Shown one piece after another: positions 1 to 9,021 of a DNA stretch of 26,274 bases. The translations under genes and the position numbers were made by a program. Each line of letters begins with the position of its first letter. Position 1 is the stretch's first letter. Source of the stretch: a virus. Under the pieces are notes generated by a model. The model made no database searches, was not told where the DNA came from, and saw nothing but the letters and a program-made list of their open reading frames with translations. Location of the stretch: IMG/VR virus record IMGVR_UViG_3300038701_002504, positions 83,235-109,508 of that record. The stretch is one strand, 5' to 3'.

Positions 1-245
1 TCACAAGAACACAGTTCAGAAACCTTGTAGTGCCTTACCTAAGAAATATTCAGGGCCGTAGAGGTATCTACGAATTCAGAGTTGTTTGTGATGAAACTAA
101 CAACACAGGCGAAATTATCGATAATAACCAATTCGTTGGTGATATCTATATCAAACCTGCTAAGTCAATCAACGAAATTCAATTGAACTTCGTAGCAGTA
201 AGAACTGCTGTTGACTTCGAAGAAGTTATCGGCAGATTCGGTTAA
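1..245 (+). CDS. 18: Tail sheath protein gp18, C-terminal part (5' truncated; frame open from nt 3)
   Basis: TRTQFRNLVVPYLRNIQGRRGIYEFRVVCDETNNT...FVGDIYIKPAKSINEIQLNFVAVRT is the typical T4-like sheath C-terminus; lies upstream of gp19. Confidence 0.95.
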   Translation, partial: TRTQFRNLVVPYLRNIQGRRGIYEFRVVCDETNNTGEIIDNNQFVGDIYIKPAKSINEIQLNFVAVRTAVDFEEVIGRFG

Positions 246-264
246 TTTCTTCAATATATAAATT

Positions 265-291
265 AAAAGGGGCTAATTAGCCCCTTTTTTT
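265..291. terminator. Bidirectional intrinsic terminator
   Basis: AAAAGGGGCTA-AT-TAGCCCCTTTTTTT inverted repeat between convergent genes. Confidence 0.85.
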
Positions 292-826
292 ATTCTCTTC
301 CTTCTAAAAGTTTATCAACCCACCATTGTGGTGCGTCACCCAAATCTACTCCATTTGCTTCATCTACATCACACACAACATATTCATGTCCCAATGATTT
401 GAGATATTTTCCACCGGCACCAGGATCACAAACAGCAACCACATGTCTCATCTGCCTAATAGTCCACAACCATCTCTTAGTTGATTTATTTGGATTGTTG
501 GAAAGAAGTGCTACACATGAATAACCCATCGATGTAAGACGTGTCGCATTGAATATTCCCTCAACAACAAACAAAGTCTTTGATAAATCCCATGATTCTA
601 AACCCCAAACGCTTACTGCATCTTTATTTCGATAAGTGTAGTATCTTCCTTTTAAATCATTCTTCTGAACTTTTTCTCCATTTGGACGATAAGTTTGATA
701 TCCAACTAAATGTCCCGATAAATTCCATAGAGGAAATGTCGCACAATATTCATCCTCATCCAGCCATACTTTATGATGGGAGAGGTCCAAATATCTGGAT
801 TTCAAATGTTCTTCAAGTTTTGACAT
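290..826 (-). CDS. Small Toprim/primase-like protein without a Zn-binding domain
   Basis: FPLWNLSGHLVGYQ..., LFVVEGIFNA, VAVCD, and DLGD motifs; start moved to MSKL (826) because GGAGAGG precedes it. Confidence 0.7.
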   Translation of the reverse strand: MSKLEEHLKSRYLDLSHHKVWLDEDEYCATFPLWNLSGHLVGYQTYRPNGEKVQKNDLKGRYYTYRNKDAVSVWGLESWDLSKTLFVVEGIFNATRLTSMGYSCVALLSNNPNKSTKRWLWTIRQMRHVVAVCDPGAGGKYLKSLGHEYVVCDVDEANGVDLGDAPQWWVDKLLEGRE

Positions 827-840
827 TTGGACCTCTCCCA

Positions 841-996
841 TTAATCCTTCTCTGCTTTTCTTACAGCGCCATATACAACTACAAGAACAGCATTGACAAA
901 TGCTAGAATAAGACCTATTATTGTTATTTCAGTGAATGCTAATGTAAGCATATAGCCAAAAAGACAGCCCTGAATAATTAGAATAATATTACTCAT
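841..996 (-). CDS. 51-aa two-TM membrane protein
   Basis: MSNIILIIQGCLFGYMLTLAF...IIGLILAFVNAVLVVVYG; GGAG SD before ATG at 996; first gene after an early-type promoter. Confidence 0.7.
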   Translation of the reverse strand: MSNIILIIQGCLFGYMLTLAFTEITIIGLILAFVNAVLVVVYGAVRKAEKD

Positions 997-1027
997 TTTC
1001 TTTCTCCATGTTTGTTTCGATAATGAT

Positions 1028-1056
1028 ACTATACACCGTTTCTCAGCAATGTAAAC
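1028..1056 (-). promoter_or_regulatory. Early (sigma70-like) promoter
   Basis: GTTTACA-N16-TATAGT on the - strand; the same motif recurs at four other gene starts. Confidence 0.7.
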
Positions 1057-1065
1057 CATATTTTT

Positions 1066-1073
1066 TATAAATA
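1066..1073 (+). promoter_or_regulatory. T4-type late promoter
   Basis: TATAAATA upstream of gp19. Confidence 0.8.
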
Positions 1074-1098
1074 TCAATAAAATATAAAAGGAGAAGAA

Positions 1099-1647
1099 AT
1101 GGCATTTAATATTAACGAAATGCGTGCTGGTTTAGTTGGTGGTGGAGCTCGTCCTTCGCTTTTTGAAGTTATCATTACAAACCCAATTTCATCAATTGCC
1201 GATATCCGCGTGCCTATTATGTGTAAAGCTACACAGTTACCAGGTCATACAATTGGTAAGATTGAAGTTCCATATTTTGGTCGTAAAATTCCTATTCCAG
1301 GCGACAGAATTGTACAGGATTGGACTGTTACAATCATCAATGATGAAACTTTTGATGTTAGAAACGCACTTGAAACTTGGTCAAATGCTATGAATTCTCA
1401 ACAAGGGAACGTTGCAACCAGAGGAAGTTCTCCGTCTCTTTATACATCACAGGCATCTGTAAGACAGTTTGGTAAAGACGGAAGTGTTCTTCGTATTTAT
1501 GAACTGAATGGAATATTCCCAATGGATATTTCTCCAATTGATCTGTCATGGGAATCAATTGATGTTATTGAAGAATTCCAGGTTACATGGGCAGTTTCCG
1601 ATTTTGCTGTGGTTGGTGGATCTTCCGGCGACGCTGGCGGCATCTGA
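1099..1647 (+). CDS. 19: Tail tube protein gp19
   Basis: GARPSLFEV, MCKATQLPG, PYFGRKIPIPGDR...WTVTIINDE, FPMDISPIDLSW, IEEFQVTW; AAGGAG SD. Confidence 0.95.
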   Translation: MAFNINEMRAGLVGGGARPSLFEVIITNPISSIADIRVPIMCKATQLPGHTIGKIEVPYFGRKIPIPGDRIVQDWTVTIINDETFDVRNALETWSNAMNSQQGNVATRGSSPSLYTSQASVRQFGKDGSVLRIYELNGIFPMDISPIDLSWESIDVIEEFQVTWAVSDFAVVGGSSGDAGGI

Positions 1648-1666
1648 TATTACCTAATTTTATAAA

Positions 1667-1696
1667 ATGGGGCTTGGAATAGGCCCCATATTATTT
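1667..1696 (+). terminator. Hairpin/terminator after gp19
   Basis: ATGGGGCTT-GGAAT-AGGCCCCAT followed by ATTATTTT. Confidence 0.6.
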
Positions 1697-1704
1697 TATA
1701 AATA
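1697..1704 (+). promoter_or_regulatory. T4-type late promoter
   Basis: TATAAATA upstream of gp20. Confidence 0.8.
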
Positions 1705-1726
1705 ATAATAAAATAAGGATTTTACT

Positions 1727-3427
1727 ATGGAACTTTTCGGATGGAAAATAGAAAAAAAGGAAGAAGAAAAAGAGACTAAATCTCCTTTTCCTATGCTTGA
1801 TGATGAAGGCTCTCTCATCATCGAAAAAAATTGGGTACCTGGTGCAGACCATGATGCCTATGCTGTTGCTACAAATTTTGATGATGTGGTTTCTTCTGAA
1901 AGCGAGCTTATCACAAAATATAGAGAGATGTCTCAGCTGCCCGAAGTTGATTATGCTGTCGACGACATCATTAATGAATTGATGTCTGTTGAAAAAGCAA
2001 ATGATATTGTTGATATTGACCTTGATGAACTTGAATATTCTAAAGGTGTCAAAAACAAAATAACCGACGAATTCAATCACATTTTAACTCTATTGGATTT
2101 CAATAATTCTGCATATGAAATAGCGCGTAATTGGTACGTTGATGGTCGTTTAACGTACGAAATTATTGTCGATGAAAAAGATTATGTTAAGAATGGTATT
2201 AAAGAAGTTCGCTATATCGATCCAAGAACCATTAGAAAAATTAAAGAAATTAAGAACTCTCAGGGTAGAGCAAATGCCATTTTAAAACAGTTAGCGGATG
2301 AATATTACATTTATTCACCAACTGGCTTTGGTAGACAGTCATTTAATACCGGAAGTATTTCAGGAACTGATGTTGTTAAAATGTCAGATGATTCTGTCGT
2401 TCATGTGACATCAGGAATTATGAACCATAATAAGACAATGGTTCAATCACATCTTCACAAAGCAATTCGTCCTCTTAATCAGTTGCGTGCACTAGAAGAT
2501 GCTTCTATCATTTATCGTATATCTCGTGCACCTGAAAGAAGAATTTTCTATATTGACGTTGGTAACTTGCCTAAAGGTAAAGCCGAACAACACCTTCAAA
2601 ATATTGCTCAGAAATATAAAAATAAACTTGTATATGATGGTAAAACTGGCGAAATACGAGATGACCGCAAATTTATGACGATGACTGAGGATTATTTCCT
2701 TCCTCGTCGTTCTGATGGTAAAGCAACTGAAATCACAACGCTTCCAGGTGGTCAGAATCTTGGCGAATTAGAAGAAGTTAATTATTTCCTGAATAAATTC
2801 TATAGATCTCTTAATCTTCCAATTTCTCGTCTTGAAAGCCAAAGTGGATTCCAATTTGGTAGACAAACTGAAATTTCTCGGGATGAATTAAAATTTGCTA
2901 AGTTTGTTGCGAGACTAAGAAAAAGATTTGCTCAGTTGTTCATTAAGCTTTTGAGAAGACAATTAGTGTTGAAAAATATTATGACTGCTGAAGAATTTGA
3001 TAGTATTAAAAACAATATATCATTTGAATTTTCTGCCGACAACCTTATTGCTGAAAATAAAGAACAAGAAGTTCTAGCAGGTAGACTTGATATCCTGAAT
3101 AATATTGACACTTATAAGGGTGTATACTTTTCTAAACAATTCATTCTTCGTAATGTTCTTCGTATGTCTCAGGAAGATATTGATGAGATGGAACAACAGA
3201 TCGGAAAAGAAAAGAAAACAAATGAATATGACGAGGATAATCAGCTTAAATCATATAATGCTGATCCGAATGCAATTGCACAAATGAACATGCAACAGGA
3301 CCAACAAGATCACAGCCAAGAAGTTGAAAAAGATTCTCTAGAACATAAAAAGAAAATCGACAAAGAACTCCTTAAAAAAGGTTTAAATCCTAATCAACAA
3401 ACACAATCTCAGGAAGAAAATGAATGA
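1727..3427 (+). CDS. 20: Portal protein gp20
   Basis: WYVDGR, YIDPR, IYRISRAPERRIFYIDVGNLPK, EDYFLPRR, EITTLPGGQNLG, EISRDELKF. Confidence 0.97.
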   Translation: MELFGWKIEKKEEEKETKSPFPMLDDEGSLIIEKNWVPGADHDAYAVATNFDDVVSSESELITKYREMSQLPEVDYAVDDIINELMSVEKANDIVDIDLDELEYSKGVKNKITDEFNHILTLLDFNNSAYEIARNWYVDGRLTYEIIVDEKDYVKNGIKEVRYIDPRTIRKIKEIKNSQGRANAILKQLADEYYIYSPTGFGRQSFNTGSISGTDVVKMSDDSVVHVTSGIMNHNKTMVQSHLHKAIRPLNQLRALEDASIIYRISRAPERRIFYIDVGNLPKGKAEQHLQNIAQKYKNKLVYDGKTGEIRDDRKFMTMTEDYFLPRRSDGKATEITTLPGGQNLGELEEVNYFLNKFYRSLNLPISRLESQSGFQFGRQTEISRDELKFAKFVARLRKRFAQLFIKLLRRQLVLKNIMTAEEFDSIKNNISFEFSADNLIAENKEQEVLAGRLDILNNIDTYKGVYFSKQFILRNVLRMSQEDIDEMEQQIGKEKKTNEYDEDNQLKSYNADPNAIAQMNMQQDQQDHSQEVEKDSLEHKKKIDKELLKKGLNPNQQTQSQEENE

Positions 3428-3735
3428 TAAAATTTAAAAATTTTCTTTTTGAGTATGAAGATTATTATTCTAAAGACAAATCAGTCGGCTCCGGTTTAAA
3501 ACGTAAAAAATATAAAAACAAAAAACCAGGTAGATGGGCAAAACGTATTGGATCCGGAGTAGGAGCTGCAATTGGTGGGGCTGTTGGATTTGCGGCACGA
3601 GGAAATTATGGATTAGCAGGTGGTGCTGCAGCTGGTGGTGCAATTGGTTATAAAGCTGGAGAGGCTGCATCAAACGCAAAAAGAAGAATTGCTGCAAATG
3701 CTTATGTTAAAAGAAGAAAAAAGCGTAATAGCTAA
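3424..3735 (+). CDS. Putative internal head protein: capsid-targeting-like leader plus cationic glycine-zipper
   Basis: ATGA-coupled to the portal; MIKFKNFLFE resembles the T4 internal-protein leader (MKTYQEFIAE type); GxxxG/A repeats flanked by K/R runs. Confidence 0.7.
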   Translation: MIKFKNFLFEYEDYYSKDKSVGSGLKRKKYKNKKPGRWAKRIGSGVGAAIGGAVGFAARGNYGLAGGAAAGGAIGYKAGEAASNAKRRIAANAYVKRRKKRNS

Positions 3736-3739
3736 TTAA

Positions 3740-3747
3740 TATAAATA
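3740..3747 (+). promoter_or_regulatory. T4-type late promoter
   Basis: TATAAATA followed by AAGGAG SD. Confidence 0.8.
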
Positions 3748-3767
3748 TTATTAAAAAGGAGATATAA

Positions 3768-4346
3768 ATGTCACTAGAAAAGTTACTTGTTGCGATAAAA
3801 GAAGGTAATTATGTTCAAGCTAAGGATGCTTTCTATCAAGAAGTGAATGAAAGAGTTAGCAATAAAATTGATGAAAAAAGATCTTCTATTTTAGAAGGCG
3901 AAGATAAAGAAGAATCAGAAGAAGAATCTGATGATGACGATGAAGAAGATGAAAACGACGACGACGATGATGACAGTATAAAGGAATCTCTTTATTCTAT
4001 GTCTGAATCTGAAATGAATTCATTTGTTGATTCATTGAATGAAACTGAATTAAATGTTCTATTATCTATTATTGAGTCTGACGAATATTTAATGGAAGGT
4101 ATCGGTTCTAAAATTAAATCTGGTCTAAAAAAGACAGGTAATTTGGTAAAAAGAACTGCAGTTGGAACAGCTAAAGATGTAGCAAGAAATCTTGGACGTG
4201 GTGCAGCTGTTGCTGCGGGCGGAGCTGCTGGTATGGCAGCGGGTGGAATTCCTGGAGCAGTTGCTGGCGGAGTTGCTGGTAACATGGCATATCAAGCTGG
4301 AAAAGATACACTAAAAAAGAAATTGGCGGCTAGAAACAAAAAATGA
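3768..4346 (+). CDS. gp67-like prohead core protein with C-terminal glycine-zipper extension
   Basis: LLVAIKEGNYVQAKDAF...KIDEKRSSILEGED plus D/E tract mirrors T4 gp67 and its position after gene 20; followed by a basic Gly/Ala-rich domain. Confidence 0.75.
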   Translation: MSLEKLLVAIKEGNYVQAKDAFYQEVNERVSNKIDEKRSSILEGEDKEESEEESDDDDEEDENDDDDDDSIKESLYSMSESEMNSFVDSLNETELNVLLSIIESDEYLMEGIGSKIKSGLKKTGNLVKRTAVGTAKDVARNLGRGAAVAAGGAAGMAAGGIPGAVAGGVAGNMAYQAGKDTLKKKLAARNKK

Positions 4347-4702
4347 AAAAGATAACAGAAGGCATTTTAAATAAAAATTACGTTCAGGCTAAGGATGCCT
4401 TCTACGAAGAAGTTGACAGAAGAATCAACGAAAAAATAGAAGAAAAAAGAATTCAAATCCTTTCTGAAAAGAAATGGAAACATTCTGGTCTTGCTGGTAC
4501 AATTGGTGGTATTGCCGGTACAGTAGCCGGTGCAGGAACATTAAATCCTGCTCTTGCTGTTGCTGGTGGTGCAGCGGGTCTTGCCGCTGGAGAAGCTGGA
4601 GAGTATGCAGCTAAAAAAGTAGGTAGATTTGTTAAAAATAAATACCTTAGAAGAAAAAGAAAAAAAGCACAAGCTCTAAAGGTGAAAAACAATGGTAGAT
4701 AA
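4343..4702 (+). CDS. Second gp67-like leader fused to a glycine-zipper domain
   Basis: NYVQAKDAFYEEV...KIEEKR nearly identical to the preceding ORF; Gly/Ala zipper and K/R tail. Confidence 0.75.
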   Translation: MKKITEGILNKNYVQAKDAFYEEVDRRINEKIEEKRIQILSEKKWKHSGLAGTIGGIAGTVAGAGTLNPALAVAGGAAGLAAGEAGEYAAKKVGRFVKNKYLRRKRKKAQALKVKNNGR

Positions 4703-6077
4703 GCAGAAGACAATCGGCGGCAAAAAAGCATTTAAAGATATGTTTGGTGATCCTAAGATCTATCAAATTGACGATCATGGGATTGAAGATCAGAAGGCCA
4801 AAAAAGATAAATCTCGTAAAGCTGATAAAGCTCCAGTTGCTGAGGGTATTAATGGTGAATGGACCAAGGAACGTTCACGCAGAGAAGATGAAAATATTAA
4901 AGCTGTAAAGAAGACATATGGCGATTTCAGAACTACTGTTGGAAAAAATTCAAAAGAGAAGATGAAAGAAATTGCTGCTTCTATGAATGAATCATGGGTT
5001 GTGACTATGCCTATATCTGATCCTGATAAAACTGGCAAAGAGATCAACAAAAGATTTATAGACCGCGGAATAGATTATCAGGATATGGGATGGGACAAGC
5101 AAGGTAATCTTACTGTTGAATTTGATGATGAAAAAGAAGCAAAACGTGCTGCAATGATTTTAAAATCTTTCAGACATTCTTCAAAAAATCAAATGCCTAA
5201 AGTTATGAAAGAATCTCTTTCTGATCTTAAATCTATGTATGCCTCATCAATACCTGAAATCGTCGATGAGATCAAAGAATTGTCATCAACTCTTATAGAT
5301 TATTACATGGATCAAGAACAGGAATGGGCTGATACAAATGTTGCACCAGCTCCTGGTATGTATCTGGATTGGAAGGGTATCTATAGAGGTCTTGAAGATT
5401 TAAGAGATATTATGCTTTGTGCTGCACCAGATGAACTTGTTGGTATCGATGGAACAGATGATATGAATGAGTCTGCAAACGACTCAATGAGACAAAAAGT
5501 TATGTCAGCAATTGCAGCAGATATAAGAAAAACTAATGAAAAATTCAAAACTAAAAAAGATGTTGAAAGATATTTAGATTTCACCGGCGGCGACATCATT
5601 ACTAAAATAACAAAGAATGATGATGATTTCAATAATATGCTTCAGTATGCTTCTGAAAAATTATCAAAGAATCTTAGAGAATCTAATCTCCATGAGATTT
5701 CAAAAGAAAGAAAAGATTCTTATGTAAAAAGATCTGCAACTGATGCCGGCTTAGCTAATTTTGGTAAAAGACAATCTGATAAACCAGATGAAAAAAAGAA
5801 ATTTGGTGATGTAGAAAGAAAAAGAAGAGCAGGTCTAAATTTAGCTCTTGCTAAAGGCGGTGACAAGCCTGTTTATAAAAAAGAATCGCTTGATGAAGCA
5901 TTCTCATCTGGATCATTGAAACTGATGGATGGATCAACATATAATTTAACATCAGACGAAGCAAAAGCTTTAAATAAAGTGATGTCTTCAACAAAAGAAA
6001 AAGATCGTATGACAAAAAGAATCACTAAAAGTAAAAGTGATTTGAAGTCTATGATAGAATTTTCAAAGGAAGTGTAA
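4692..6077 (+). CDS. Putative prohead core/internal protein (gp68 position)
   Basis: Between the gp67-like genes and gp21, overlapping both neighbours; many hydrophobic-x-E sites (MNES, MKES, LRES, LHEI, LDEA). Confidence 0.6.
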   Translation: MVDKQKTIGGKKAFKDMFGDPKIYQIDDHGIEDQKAKKDKSRKADKAPVAEGINGEWTKERSRREDENIKAVKKTYGDFRTTVGKNSKEKMKEIAASMNESWVVTMPISDPDKTGKEINKRFIDRGIDYQDMGWDKQGNLTVEFDDEKEAKRAAMILKSFRHSSKNQMPKVMKESLSDLKSMYASSIPEIVDEIKELSSTLIDYYMDQEQEWADTNVAPAPGMYLDWKGIYRGLEDLRDIMLCAAPDELVGIDGTDDMNESANDSMRQKVMSAIAADIRKTNEKFKTKKDVERYLDFTGGDIITKITKNDDDFNNMLQYASEKLSKNLRESNLHEISKERKDSYVKRSATDAGLANFGKRQSDKPDEKKKFGDVERKRRAGLNLALAKGGDKPVYKKESLDEAFSSGSLKLMDGSTYNLTSDEAKALNKVMSSTKEKDRMTKRITKSKSDLKSMIEFSKEV

Positions 6078-6718
6078 TGAAACTTATAACAGAACAAAAC
6101 TTTGATGTGAACTATATTAGAGAAAATCTAGAGGAAGGTAGAAAACCTACCTTATGGATCGAAGGAATTTTCATGCAGGGGGACATTAAAAACCGTAATG
6201 GTAGAATTTATCCTGCTACAATTCTTGAAAGACAAATGAACTATTATGTTGAAAATTTCGTCTCAAAACATAGATCGCTTGGAGAATTAAATCACCCAAA
6301 TGGACCAACAATCAATCTTGATAAAGTATCTCATATGATTACTGAAATGAGACGTGATGGTTCTGATTTCTATGGTAAAGCAAAAATACTTGATACTCCA
6401 ATGGGTAATATTGCGCGTTCATTAATTGATGAAGGTGCTTCTCTGGGAGTTTCAACAAGAGGTCTAGGATCTGTTAAACAATCTGGTGGTGCTATGGTTG
6501 TTCAAGAAGATTTTGTTCTGAATACAGTTGATATCGTTTCTCAGCCTTCTGCTATGGATGCGTGGGTAAATGGAATCATGGAAGGGGTGGAATGGATCTG
6601 GGATGGTGATACTTTGAAAGAAGTAACATTAAATGAAATTAAAAAAGATTTAGACAAGCCACTATTAACTGAAGCACAAGTGTTAAGAAATTGGAAGAAA
6701 TTTCTCAAAACGCTATAA
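6077..6718 (+). CDS. 21: Prohead protease gp21
   Basis: MKLITE, IEGIFMQ, NRNGRIYP, GELNHP, VSH, LGVSTRGLGS, DIVSQPSA. Confidence 0.96.
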   Translation: MKLITEQNFDVNYIRENLEEGRKPTLWIEGIFMQGDIKNRNGRIYPATILERQMNYYVENFVSKHRSLGELNHPNGPTINLDKVSHMITEMRRDGSDFYGKAKILDTPMGNIARSLIDEGASLGVSTRGLGSVKQSGGAMVVQEDFVLNTVDIVSQPSAMDAWVNGIMEGVEWIWDGDTLKEVTLNEIKKDLDKPLLTEAQVLRNWKKFLKTL

Positions 6719-6720
6719 TT

Positions 6721-6728
6721 TATAAATA
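6721..6728 (+). promoter_or_regulatory. T4-type late promoter
   Basis: TATAAATA upstream of gp22. Confidence 0.8.
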
Positions 6729-6756
6729 ATAAAAAATAAAAAATAGGAGTGATAAA

Positions 6757-7608
6757 ATGGACAAGATTAAAAATACTCACGATTCTGGTGAAGCTGAAGT
6801 TGATAAAGTAACAGGCTCTCACAAAAGACCAAAGGATAAGAATGTTGGCGACAAAAATGCTGACACTTCAGCTGCTGAAAAGGTTCAGACAATGCCATCT
6901 GGTGCTGTAAGAAAAGAAGATCTTGATATTCTTTTTGATGGTACTGAATTATCTGAAGAATTCCAGGAACAAGCTTTTGTTCTTTTTGAAGGCGCAGTTT
7001 CCGCAAAAATTGAATCTTTGAAAGAAGCTATGGAAGCAGAATTTGAAGAAAAACTTGCTGAAAGCGTTGAGTCTTATGAAGACAAACTTTCAGATTTCAT
7101 TGATATCTTTGTAGAAAATTACATGCAGGAAAATGAGCTTGCAATTGAAAATGGTATTAAAGCTGAAATTGCTGAATCACTTCTTGATGGACTAAAAAAT
7201 CTATTCGTAGAACATAATGTTGAAATCGATGAAGACAAAGTTGAAATTGTTGAAGCCCTTTCAGAAAGAGTTGCAGAACTTGAAGGCGCTTTAAATGAAG
7301 CCCTTGAAAGCAAGGTAACAACTCAGAAACTTATTGAAAATTTCGAAAAAGAACGTATTCTCGCTGAAATGACATCTGATATGGATGAAGTTTCTAAGGA
7401 TAGAATTAAGAAACTTACAGAAAATATCTCATTCAAAGATGCGACAAGCTTTGAAGCTTCTGTAAACATTCTTAAAGAATCTGTGTCTTCTAAGAAGACT
7501 GTTGTTAAAGAAGACATGCTGAATGAAGAAGTAGCTGTAACAGATGGTTTAACTGAAAAAGTTATTGATCCAAAAATGGCTGCAATTCTAAAAGCTCTTA
7601 GAGACTAA
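6757..7608 (+). CDS. 22: Prohead scaffold protein gp22
   Basis: Acidic coiled coil; ELSEEF...FEGAV, ENELAIENGIKAEIAES...LKNLFVEH; lies between gp21 and gp23. Confidence 0.92.
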   Translation: MDKIKNTHDSGEAEVDKVTGSHKRPKDKNVGDKNADTSAAEKVQTMPSGAVRKEDLDILFDGTELSEEFQEQAFVLFEGAVSAKIESLKEAMEAEFEEKLAESVESYEDKLSDFIDIFVENYMQENELAIENGIKAEIAESLLDGLKNLFVEHNVEIDEDKVEIVEALSERVAELEGALNEALESKVTTQKLIENFEKERILAEMTSDMDEVSKDRIKKLTENISFKDATSFEASVNILKESVSSKKTVVKEDMLNEEVAVTDGLTEKVIDPKMAAILKALRD

Positions 7609-7624
7609 TAGAAATTTCGAAATT

Positions 7625-7632
7625 TATAAATA
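7625..7632 (+). promoter_or_regulatory. T4-type late promoter
   Basis: TATAAATA upstream of gp23. Confidence 0.8.
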
Positions 7633-7659
7633 ATAATAAAAATAAAGGAGACTACGTTA

Positions 7660-8970
7660 ATGTCAATGGTTAAAAAAGAAATTATCGCAAAGTGGGAAGA
7701 TGTTCTTAATGAATCATCTGCCGGTTGCCCAGCAATCACAAATCCAGAAATTGCTGCTGTAACAGCTCAGCTTTTGGAAAACACTGATAAAGCTTATTCA
7801 TCAGGTCTTTTTGAAAATGTTCCTTCAGGACTTTCAGAAGCAGCACCTACTTCTAACACAGGTAACGTAAAGAATTACGACCCTGTTCTTATCTCACTTC
7901 TAAGACGTGCGGCTCCTAAGCTTATCGGATATGAAATCATGGGAACTCAGGCTATGACTGGACCAACTGGCCAGATCTTCGCAATGAGATCACGTTACAC
8001 TTCAAACACAGGTGCGGAAGCATTCTACAATGAAGCAAATACAGGTTTCTCAACAATTAATGGTGGTAACACTGAAATCGTTGGTGATGCAGGTCTTAAC
8101 CTAGGTACAACTCCAACAGGTAATGCTGAAACATATAACGCTGCTGGCGCTATGTCTCTTGCACAGGCTGAAGCACTTGGTACTTCAGGTAATGCTGCTT
8201 TCGCTGAAATGACAGTGACAATCGAACAGCTTTCTGTTACTGCTGGATCACGTAAGCTAAAGGCTCACTACACACATGAATTCGCACAGGACTTGAAGGC
8301 TATTCACGGACTTGAAGCTGAAAAAGAACTTTCAAACGTTCTTTCAACAGAACTTGTTTCTGAAATTAACCGTCAGCTTGTAAGAACATGTTATCTAACA
8401 TCTTCAGCTGGTGCTACTTCTGGTACCACAACAGCTGGTATTTTCGATCTTGACACTGACTCAAACGGTCGTTGGATGGGTGAAAAGTTCGCAGGACTAC
8501 ACTTCTTTATTGACCTAGAAGCTAACGCTATCGCTAAGTCAACACGTAGAGGTAAGGGTAATGTTCTTATTACTTCTTCAAACGTAGCTTCTGCCCTTCA
8601 GATGGCTGGAGTTCTTAAGTTCAATGATGCTGCTGCTTCATTAACTATCGATGACACCGGTGTTTCATACGCAGGTATGATTAACAATAAGATCAAAGTG
8701 TTCATTGATCCATATGCAACATCAGATTATATCGTTCTTGGATATAAGGGTGCCAACAGCTGGGATGCTGGTATGTACTACTGCCCTTACACACCTCTAC
8801 AGATGGTAAGAGCAACTGAAACTGGATCACTTACACCAGTAATTGGTTTCCAGACAAGATACGGACTTGTAGCTAACCCATTCTCAAGAGGAGCAACTGC
8901 TTCTGACGGGTCAATGATGGCTAACAGTAACGTGTATTACAGAAGAACTGCTATCGCAAATATTCAGTAA
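7660..8970 (+). CDS. 23: Major capsid protein gp23
   Basis: YDPVLISLLRRA, MTGPTGQIFAMR, SRKLKA, AQDLKAIHGL, TRRGKGN, YYCPY, IGFQTRYG. Confidence 0.98.
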   Translation: MSMVKKEIIAKWEDVLNESSAGCPAITNPEIAAVTAQLLENTDKAYSSGLFENVPSGLSEAAPTSNTGNVKNYDPVLISLLRRAAPKLIGYEIMGTQAMTGPTGQIFAMRSRYTSNTGAEAFYNEANTGFSTINGGNTEIVGDAGLNLGTTPTGNAETYNAAGAMSLAQAEALGTSGNAAFAEMTVTIEQLSVTAGSRKLKAHYTHEFAQDLKAIHGLEAEKELSNVLSTELVSEINRQLVRTCYLTSSAGATSGTTTAGIFDLDTDSNGRWMGEKFAGLHFFIDLEANAIAKSTRRGKGNVLITSSNVASALQMAGVLKFNDAAASLTIDDTGVSYAGMINNKIKVFIDPYATSDYIVLGYKGANSWDAGMYYCPYTPLQMVRATETGSLTPVIGFQTRYGLVANPFSRGATASDGSMMANSNVYYRRTAIANIQ

Positions 8971-8997
8971 TAATAACCATAACATAAAAACAAATTC

Positions 8998-9021
8998 AGG
9001 GAGCTTCGGCTCCCTTTTTTT
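8998..9021 (+). terminator. Intrinsic terminator with cUUCGg loop
   Basis: AGGGAGC-TTCG-GCTCCCT-TTTTTT after gp23. Confidence 0.92.

Noticed and set aside
3905-3975. GAA/GAT/GAC low-complexity repeat
   Set aside because: Encodes the D/E tract expected in gp67-like proteins
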